From contig JANPEF010000028.1 in NCBI GenBank assembly GCA_031431875.1, positions 8,793 through 72,792 on the forward strand: a stretch of DNA of 64,000 bases. Direction: 5' to 3'. Origin of the DNA: Candidatus Eiseniibacteriota bacterium (GTDB lineage Bacteria > Eisenbacteria > RBG-16-71-46 > DASYSL01). This document shows, piece after piece, positions 57,339 to 64,000 of this stretch. The notes under the pieces were generated by a model. It ran no database searches. It saw only the letters and a program-made list of their open reading frames with translations, and was not told the origin of the DNA. The first letter of the stretch is position 1, and every line of letters starts with the position of its first letter. A program made the position numbers and the translations under genes.

Positions 57339-58226
57339 ATGAGCGGTTCACGAGTCTCCCAATTCGATCGCTTCATGCCACCACTGCTTGCCGTGCTTCA
57401 AGGGCTTGGTGGTTCGGCGCGAGCTGAAGAGGCCACGGAGCTAGTGGCGACAGCACTTTCTGTCCCCGATGAGGTGCTTGATGAGGTCACAGCGGGCGGC
57501 ATCAACCGGTTCTACAATCGCGTCGCATGGGCACGCTTCTACCTTGTGAAGAGCGGTTACATGGACGGGTCCAAGCGAGGTGTCTGGTCTCTCACGGACA
57601 AGGGCCTGTCGTCACCCCCGCTGACGGAGGCTGAGTCGGCGCGCCTCGTCAAGGAAGTCCGGACTGGATTTGGATCAGCTCCAGGCCTTCAGCGGGAAGA
57701 GTCGTCAACTGGCGAGGTTGCGACCGGTGATGAGACACCGGAAGCCGCAGAGGGACTCGCGGCAGCGAACTGGCGGGACAACCTGCTCGGACTCATTCGC
57801 GGCCTGCCACCCAGTGGCTTCGAGCGCCTTTGTCAGCGGCTGCTTCGGGAGTCCGGATTTGCACACGTCAGTGTCACCGGGAAGACCAATGATGGTGGCA
57901 TCGATGGGGTGGGCGTACTTCATGTGAATCCTTTCGTCAGTTTCAAGGTGCTCTTTCAGTGCAAGCGTTACACCGGATCCGTCTCATCCGCGCAAGTTCG
58001 CGACTTTCGCGGCTCCATGCAGGGCCGTGCGGACAAGGGAATCATCATGACGACGGGTACCTTCACATCCGAAGCCCGCAAGGAGTCGATCCGGGAGGGT
58101 GTGCCCCCGATTGAGCTCGTCGATCAGGAGAAGCTGCTGGAAATGTTCAAGTCTCTCGAACTTGGCTTGAGGCAGACAGTTGCCTATGAGCTTGATGCGG
58201 GCTTCTTCGAACAGTTCAGAAACTGA
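57339..58226 (+). CDS. mrr: Mrr-family (type IV) restriction endonuclease
   Basis: Mrr_N (NRVAWARFYL..G); FERLC..LL; DGGIDG, QCKRY, VRDFRG. Confidence 0.9.
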   Translation: MSGSRVSQFDRFMPPLLAVLQGLGGSARAEEATELVATALSVPDEVLDEVTAGGINRFYNRVAWARFYLVKSGYMDGSKRGVWSLTDKGLSSPPLTEAESARLVKEVRTGFGSAPGLQREESSTGEVATGDETPEAAEGLAAANWRDNLLGLIRGLPPSGFERLCQRLLRESGFAHVSVTGKTNDGGIDGVGVLHVNPFVSFKVLFQCKRYTGSVSSAQVRDFRGSMQGRADKGIIMTTGTFTSEARKESIREGVPPIELVDQEKLLEMFKSLELGLRQTVAYELDAGFFEQFRN

Positions 58227-58300
58227 GTCACCTGGTGTCCTGATGAGGTGGCAGCAATAGGGTGGCTGTCGCGTCACGTGAGAGTGTGCAGGAGAAGCAG

Positions 58301-59677
58301 ATGAACGACCTTGAAATCTCCCTTCCCACCGAGGGCACGGTCCCGCCGCAGGCGATCGAGGCCGAGCGCGCGGTGCTGTGCGCCATGCTGCTCGATCTCG
58401 AAGCCGTCGAAAAGGCACTGGAGAAACTCGGTGAAGAGCCGCACGCGTTCCACCGCGAAGGCCACCGTCGCATCTACGCCGCCATCGTCGGCATCACCGA
58501 TCGCAACGAGCGGCCCGACCTCGTCACGCTGACCGACGAGCTGTCGCGTCGCGGCGAGCTGGAGACCGCGGGCGGCGTCGCCTACCTGTCGTCGCTGTTC
58601 GAGTACTCGGCCTCGTCGGCGAACGTCGACCAGCACATCGCACTGGTGAAGGAGAAGGGCCTGCTGCGCCGCCTCATCACTGCGACGCGCCAGATCGCCG
58701 CCGACGCGTACTCGGGCCGCGACCGCGCCGAGGAGATCCTCGATCGTGCCGAGGCCCGTATCTTCGAGATCGGGCAGGAGCGCACGACGCAGGGCTTCGT
58801 CGCCGTGAAGGACATGGTCAACGACAGCATCCATCGCATCGAGGAGTTGGCCAAGCGTCAGGAGCACGTCACCGGTTGCCCCACCGGGTTCACCGACCTC
58901 GACGACAAGACCGCGGGGCTGCAGCCGTCGGATCTCATCGTCATCGCCGGTCGCCCGGGCATGGGCAAGACCTCGTTCGCCCTCAACATCGCCGAGAACG
59001 CCGCGCTGCTGGGCAAGAAGGTCGGCGTGTTCAGCCTCGAAATGTCGCGCGATCAGCTGGTGCAGCGCCTGCTCTGCTCGCTGGCCCGCGTCGACCTGTC
59101 GCGCCTGCGTCGTGGCTACCTGTCCGACCGCGACTGGCGCGGCCTGTCGATGGCCGCCGGGCGCTTGTACGATGCGCCGATCTTCATCGACGAGAGCGCC
59201 GGCGTGTCGGTGCTCGACATCCGCACGCGCGCCCGCCGGCTCAAGGCGGAGCACGGGCTCGACCTGCTGGTCATCGACTACCTGCAGCTCATGCACAGCG
59301 ATGCGAAGTCCGAGAACCGCGTGCAGGCCGTCTCGCAGATGACGCGTTCGCTCAAGGGCCTGGCCAAGGAACTCAACCTGCCGATCGTCGTGCTGTCGCA
59401 GCTGTCGCGTGCGCCCGAGAGCAACGAGCGGCGCAGCAAGATCCCGCAGCTGTCGGACCTGCGCGAGTCGGGCGCCATCGAGCAGGACGCCGACATCGTG
59501 CTCTTCATCTTCCGCGAGGAGCTGTACAAGCCCGAGGACGAGAGCCTGAAGAACAAGGCGCAGGTGGTGATCGCCAAGCACCGAAACGGCCCGACCGGCC
59601 TGGTCAACCTGACGTTCCTCAAGGAATCGACGCGCTTCGAGAACTTCTCGGGAATCCAGGAAGGGGACATCCGCTGA
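58301..59677 (+). CDS. dnaB: Replicative DNA helicase
   Basis: PPQAIEAE, GRPGMGKT, IDYLQL, LSQLSR, DLRESGAIEQDAD. Confidence 0.97.
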   Translation: MNDLEISLPTEGTVPPQAIEAERAVLCAMLLDLEAVEKALEKLGEEPHAFHREGHRRIYAAIVGITDRNERPDLVTLTDELSRRGELETAGGVAYLSSLFEYSASSANVDQHIALVKEKGLLRRLITATRQIAADAYSGRDRAEEILDRAEARIFEIGQERTTQGFVAVKDMVNDSIHRIEELAKRQEHVTGCPTGFTDLDDKTAGLQPSDLIVIAGRPGMGKTSFALNIAENAALLGKKVGVFSLEMSRDQLVQRLLCSLARVDLSRLRRGYLSDRDWRGLSMAAGRLYDAPIFIDESAGVSVLDIRTRARRLKAEHGLDLLVIDYLQLMHSDAKSENRVQAVSQMTRSLKGLAKELNLPIVVLSQLSRAPESNERRSKIPQLSDLRESGAIEQDADIVLFIFREELYKPEDESLKNKAQVVIAKHRNGPTGLVNLTFLKESTRFENFSGIQEGDIR

Positions 59678-60492
59678 TCGACCGCGACCGGCCCTGGCCG
59701 CGCGATCCCGCGCTCACGGGTCCGGCGCTCGTCGGCCGGCAGGTCCTGCGCTTTCTCGAGGACACCGGGCGGGTCAGCACGCTGCTCGGCAGTACGCTGG
59801 CCGGCCTGCCCACCGCGGGCCGCTACGCGGGCGAGATCGTCAAGCAGATGTCGCAGGTCGGCGTTGGCTCGCTGCCGCTGGTCATCCTCGTCGCCGTGTT
59901 CACCGGCGCGGTCACCGCCGTGCAGGCGGCCTACCAGCTCGAGGGTATGGTGCCGCTGCGCTACGTCGGCTCGGTGGTGCAGAAGTCGGTGCTCATCGAA
60001 CTGGGCCCCGTCCTCACCGCGCTCGTCTGCGGCGGCCGCGTCGGCGCCGCGATCGCCGCCGAGCTGGGCACCATGCGTGTGACCGAGCAGATCGACGCGC
60101 TCGAGACGATGGCGATCCCGCCGATCCGCTACCTGATCCTGCCGCGCTTCATCGCCACGACCGTCATGCTGCCGGTGATCACCGTGTTCGCCGACTTCGT
60201 CGCCGTCGCCGGCGGGTTCGTCGTCGCGTCGATGGTGTTCGATCAATCGGGCCACACGTACTTCGAGGCCGTGCGCAACACGTTCGAGCCCAGGGACCTG
60301 TTCTCGGGGCTCACCAAGTCCGCGGTGTTCGGCGCCGTGATCGGGCTCATGGGCTCGTTCTACGGATTCGGCACCGAGGGTGGGGCCGAGGGCGTGGGCA
60401 AGGCGACGACACAGGCTGTCGTCGCCTCGTGCGTGCTCGTGCTGGTGCTCGACTACGTGCTGGCGAACCTGCTGTTCCGGGTGGCGTATTGA
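59674..60492 (+). CDS. mlaE: MlaE family ABC permease (start codon uncertain)
   Basis: ELGPVLTAL..GRVGAAIAAELGTMRVTEQIDALETM; GGAEGVGKATT. Confidence 0.9.
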   Translation: MIDRDRPWPRDPALTGPALVGRQVLRFLEDTGRVSTLLGSTLAGLPTAGRYAGEIVKQMSQVGVGSLPLVILVAVFTGAVTAVQAAYQLEGMVPLRYVGSVVQKSVLIELGPVLTALVCGGRVGAAIAAELGTMRVTEQIDALETMAIPPIRYLILPRFIATTVMLPVITVFADFVAVAGGFVVASMVFDQSGHTYFEAVRNTFEPRDLFSGLTKSAVFGAVIGLMGSFYGFGTEGGAEGVGKATTQAVVASCVLVLVLDYVLANLLFRVAY

Positions 60493-61286
60493 GCGCGGTC
60501 GCACCGCCGGCTCGCGCCGTCGTCGTGCGCGCCCGCGGCCTGGTCAAGCGCTTCGGCGCGCGGGCCGTGCTCGATGGCGTCGACCTCGACGTCCATGCCG
60601 GCGAGACCGTCGTCCTGCTCGGGCGCTCGGGCACCGGCAAGAGCGTCTTCCTCAAGCACGCGATCGGGCTGCTCAAGGCCGACAGCGGCACGCTCGAGGT
60701 GCTGGGCACCGACGTGACCAGCGCCGACGCCGACACCTGGAACCGGGTGCGTCGCGACGTGGCGATGGTGTTCCAGGCCGGTGCGTTGTTCGATTCGATG
60801 ACGGTAGGGGAGAACATCGCGCTCGGCCTGCACCACCAGCGCCGCTTCACCGCCGGTGAGATCGCGGCGAAGGTCGAGCACGCGCTGGCGGTCGTCGGCC
60901 TGGCCGGCACGACGGCCCAGCGCCCGTCGTCGCTGTCGGGCGGCATGCGCAAGCGGGTGGGAATTGCGCGGGCGATCGCGCTGCAACCCCGGCTTCTCCT
61001 GTACGATGAGCCGACCAGCGGCCTGGATCCGGTCACCTCGGACGTGATCAACCGCCTGATCCGGCGCTTGCAGCGGGACCTGGGCGCCTCGGCTCTCGTG
61101 GTCTCCCACGACATGACGAGTGCGCGATTCGTGGGCGATCGGATCGCGATGCTGGACGAGGGGAAGATGATCTTCGACGGCACGGCCGGCGCGATCGACC
61201 ATGCCGTCGATCCAAGGGTTCGCCGCTTCGTCGAGGGACGCAGCGACGAGATGCTCGACGAAGCCGCCCCCGCGGGAGGTTCGTGA
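60489..61286 (+). CDS. mlaF: MlaF family ABC ATPase
   Basis: GRSGTGKS, FQAGALFDSMTV, LSGGMRKRV, YDEPTSGLDP. Confidence 0.9.
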   Translation: MSAVAPPARAVVVRARGLVKRFGARAVLDGVDLDVHAGETVVLLGRSGTGKSVFLKHAIGLLKADSGTLEVLGTDVTSADADTWNRVRRDVAMVFQAGALFDSMTVGENIALGLHHQRRFTAGEIAAKVEHALAVVGLAGTTAQRPSSLSGGMRKRVGIARAIALQPRLLLYDEPTSGLDPVTSDVINRLIRRLQRDLGASALVVSHDMTSARFVGDRIAMLDEGKMIFDGTAGAIDHAVDPRVRRFVEGRSDEMLDEAAPAGGS

Positions 61287-62185
61287 TGGCGACGCGCAAT
61301 ACCGAGATCCTGGTCGGCGTCACCGTGCTTGCCGCACTGGCCGGTGTCATCTGGAGCGTGACCGCGCTGCGCCAGGTCCGGCTTGCCGAGGCCACGCAGC
61401 GCTGGCTGGTGCGCTTCCCCGACGTCGGCGGACTGGCCGAGGACGACCCGGTCACCGTTCACGGCGTGAAGAAGGGCGCGGTGAAGGACATCCGCCTCGC
61501 TCCTGCCGGCGTGTACGTCACCTTCCTGCTGGAAAAGGACCTCACCCTCACCACGGGCAGCCGGGTCTACGTGCGCAACGTCGGGCTGATGGGCGAGAAG
61601 TTTCTCGCCATCGACGGCGTCGGACTGGGCTCGACGCTGGCCGCCGGCCGCGACACGATCGAGGGCGTCTACGAGTCGGGCATCCCCGAGGTGATCAGCC
61701 AGATGGGCGACGCGCTGGCTTCGCTCGAGAACCTGAGCGTCTCGGTCGATCGCGTGATCTCGCTCGCCGAGGAGAAGAACACGCTGCGCACCACGCTCGG
61801 CAACGTCGAGACCGCGAGCACCACGCTCAAGCAGGCGCTGGCCGAGAATCGCGACGACATGCGCCTGACCGTGACCAGCCTGCGCGCCGCCGCCGAGTCG
61901 GGCCGCCGCCTGGCCGAGGCCGCCGAGCCGCGCGTCAGCGGGGCGCTCGACGGCGTGCGCGGTTCGACCGCACGGATCGACTCCCTGACCGCGCGCCTGG
62001 ACTCGCTCGCCAGCGTGCTCACGCGCGTCGCCGCCAAGCTCGACACCGGCGGGGGCACCGCCGCGCAGCTGCTCAACGACCGCAAGCTCTACGACGAGTC
62101 GCGCGCCACCCTGCGCGAGCTGCAGGCGCTGGTGCGCGAGCTGCGCACGAATCCGGACAGGTTCTTCAAGGTCTCGGTGTTCTGA
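61283..62185 (+). CDS. mlaD: MlaD/MCE family protein
   Basis: TM anchor, FPDVGGL...V...GV..G.V, GLMGEKF, helical tail. Confidence 0.88.
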   Translation: MMATRNTEILVGVTVLAALAGVIWSVTALRQVRLAEATQRWLVRFPDVGGLAEDDPVTVHGVKKGAVKDIRLAPAGVYVTFLLEKDLTLTTGSRVYVRNVGLMGEKFLAIDGVGLGSTLAAGRDTIEGVYESGIPEVISQMGDALASLENLSVSVDRVISLAEEKNTLRTTLGNVETASTTLKQALAENRDDMRLTVTSLRAAAESGRRLAEAAEPRVSGALDGVRGSTARIDSLTARLDSLASVLTRVAAKLDTGGGTAAQLLNDRKLYDESRATLRELQALVRELRTNPDRFFKVSVF

Positions 62186-63699
62186 TGACGATCGGACGCA
62201 GCCCGCGCACCCCCGGCAAGAAGACTCCCGCGCGCCCGTACTTCTGCACGCAGTGTGGCAACGAGGAACTGCGCTGGTTCGGCCAGTGCCCGTCGTGCCA
62301 GGCATGGAACACCCTCGTCGAGGCGCCGGCCGAGGCGGCTTCCCACGCGGCCGGAACGGCGGGTGCCGCCCGCGGCCCGCGGGGCGCGACCGGCGGCGTT
62401 GGTCCCGCCGGCGCTGCCGGCGCTTCGCGCCGAAGTTGGGTGGAGGGCGACGGCGAGCGCGCGCCACGCCCGCTCGCGACCGTCGACCTGGCGGCGACGC
62501 CGCGCCGCTCGACCGGCATCGGCGAACTCGACCGCGTGCTCGGCGGCGGTGTGGTGCCAGGCTCCTTGCTGCTCGTCGGCGGCGACCCGGGCATCGGCAA
62601 GTCGACGCTGTTGCTGCAACTGTCGCGGGCCATGGCGCACGACGGCGCGCGTGTGCTCTACGTCGCGGGCGAGGAATCCGCGGCACAGGTGCGCCTGCGC
62701 GCCGAGCGCCTCGGCGACGTGCCGCCGTTGCTCTACCTGCTGTGCGAGACCGAGGTCGAGGAGGTGCTCGCCGCGGCCGCGCCGCTGGCGCCCGACGTCG
62801 TCATCGTCGACTCGATCCAGACCGCATTCTCGACCGCGAGCGCCGGTGCTCCGGGCTCGGTCACGCAGGTGCGCGAGTGTGCGCTGCGCTACCTCGACCT
62901 GGCGAAGGGCGGCGGTGTGCCGGTCTTTCTCGTCGGGCACGTGACGAAGGATGGCGCCGTCGCCGGCCCGCGCGTGCTCGAGCACATGGTCGACGCCGTG
63001 CTCTACCTCGAGGGCGAGCGCTACCACGACGTGCGCGTGTTGCGCGCGGCGAAGAACCGCTTCGGCTCGACCGACGAGATCGGCGTCTTCACCATGGAGG
63101 AGAACGGCCTGCGCGAGGTGGCCGACGCATCGCGCGCATTCCTCTCCGCGGGCCCGGCGCGTCCGGGCGCGATCGCCGCCGGCGTCGTCGAGGGCAGCCG
63201 CGCGCTGCTCGTCGAGGTGCAGGCCCTGGTCTCGCCGTCGAGCCTCGCCGCGCCGCAGCGCGTGACCAACGGCTTCGACGCGCGCCGCCTCGCCATGCTG
63301 CTCGCCGTGCTCGAGAAGCGCGTCGGCGTGCGCGTCGTCCACGGCGACGTGTTCGCCAACGTGGCCGGCGGGCTCACGCTCGATGAGCCGGGAGCCGACC
63401 TGGCGGTGCTGCTCGCGGTCGCCTCGGCGCGGCTCGACCGCCCGCCCATTGCGGGGCTCGTCGCCTGCGGCGAGATCGGTCTCGCCGGCGAGGTGCGCCG
63501 CGTGCGCCAGGCGGCGTCGCGGGTGCGCGAAGCGGCACGGCTGGGCTTCACCACCGCGCTGGTGCCTGCCGCGCAGGCGGCCGAGTGCGAGGGCTTCGGC
63601 GTGACCGTGATCGGTGTCCCCGACGTGAAGAGCGCGCTCGAAGCCGGCCTCGCCGCACGTGCCGCCGCCGCACCCGAGCCCGCCGGGGCGGACGCGTGA
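62185..63699 (+). CDS. radA: DNA repair protein RadA
   Basis: CTQC..CPSC, GDPGIGKST, KNRFG. Confidence 0.96.
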   Translation: MTIGRSPRTPGKKTPARPYFCTQCGNEELRWFGQCPSCQAWNTLVEAPAEAASHAAGTAGAARGPRGATGGVGPAGAAGASRRSWVEGDGERAPRPLATVDLAATPRRSTGIGELDRVLGGGVVPGSLLLVGGDPGIGKSTLLLQLSRAMAHDGARVLYVAGEESAAQVRLRAERLGDVPPLLYLLCETEVEEVLAAAAPLAPDVVIVDSIQTAFSTASAGAPGSVTQVRECALRYLDLAKGGGVPVFLVGHVTKDGAVAGPRVLEHMVDAVLYLEGERYHDVRVLRAAKNRFGSTDEIGVFTMEENGLREVADASRAFLSAGPARPGAIAAGVVEGSRALLVEVQALVSPSSLAAPQRVTNGFDARRLAMLLAVLEKRVGVRVVHGDVFANVAGGLTLDEPGADLAVLLAVASARLDRPPIAGLVACGEIGLAGEVRRVRQAASRVREAARLGFTTALVPAAQAAECEGFGVTVIGVPDVKSALEAGLAARAAAAPEPAGADA

Positions 63700-64000
63700 G
63701 CGAAGCCGCCATGACCGTCGCACTGGTGCTTGCCGCCGGTCGCGGCGAGCGCCTGGGCGAGGGCCCGAAGGCCGCCATCGACCTGGGCGGCCGCCCACTC
63801 ACCGCGTGGTGCCTGGCCACGCTCGGCGCTTGCAGTGCGGTCGATCGCGTGATCGTCGTCGGCGATGCCATCGCGCTCGCGCCGGCGCTGGCCACGCTTC
63901 CCGCCGCCGCGCGCGGCAAGATCAGCGCCGTCGTCGAGGGCGGCGCGAGCCGCGAGGAATCCGCCGAGCGTGGGCTCGCCGCCGCCGGCGACGATGTCGC
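63696..64000 (+). CDS. ispD: 2-C-methyl-D-erythritol 4-phosphate cytidylyltransferase, 3' partial
   Basis: LAAGRGERLG..PKA, VEGGASREES; follows radA. Confidence 0.8.
   Translation, partial: MSEAAMTVALVLAAGRGERLGEGPKAAIDLGGRPLTAWCLATLGACSAVDRVIVVGDAIALAPALATLPAAARGKISAVVEGGASREESAERGLAAAGDDV

Overview
High-GC, mostly chromosomal housekeeping window from a diderm bacterium. A PorV-family gene, lpxH, mlaEFD and three sigma54 activators suggest an FCB-group or candidate-phylum organism (inference, not determined). Core genes: rlmN, an NtrY/NtrX-like pair, ppx, lpxH, degP, amidase, tyrA, fur, rho-rpmE-prfA-prmC-murA, selB, rqcH, iscS, yicC-gmk-rpoZ-coaBC-udg, dnaB-mlaEFD-radA-ispD. Accessory pieces: a small-gene islet (33.4-40 kb), a gene sitting between two copies of the selB 5' end, a DUF4160/DUF2442 pair and an Mrr nuclease. 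The standout locus is 8.4-15.1 kb: a small signal-peptide gene lies directly upstream of a ~1030-aa TPR-GAF-AAA+-HTH sigma54 activator. This is followed by a near-consensus -24/-12 promoter, a ~570-nt highly structured stretch with no credible long ORF and its own terminator, and then a second -24/-12 promoter in front of a lipoprotein and a PorV-family gene. I propose, as a hypothesis, a peptide-sensing sigma54 circuit with a large sRNA output. All family names come from recognising motifs by eye; no searches were run.
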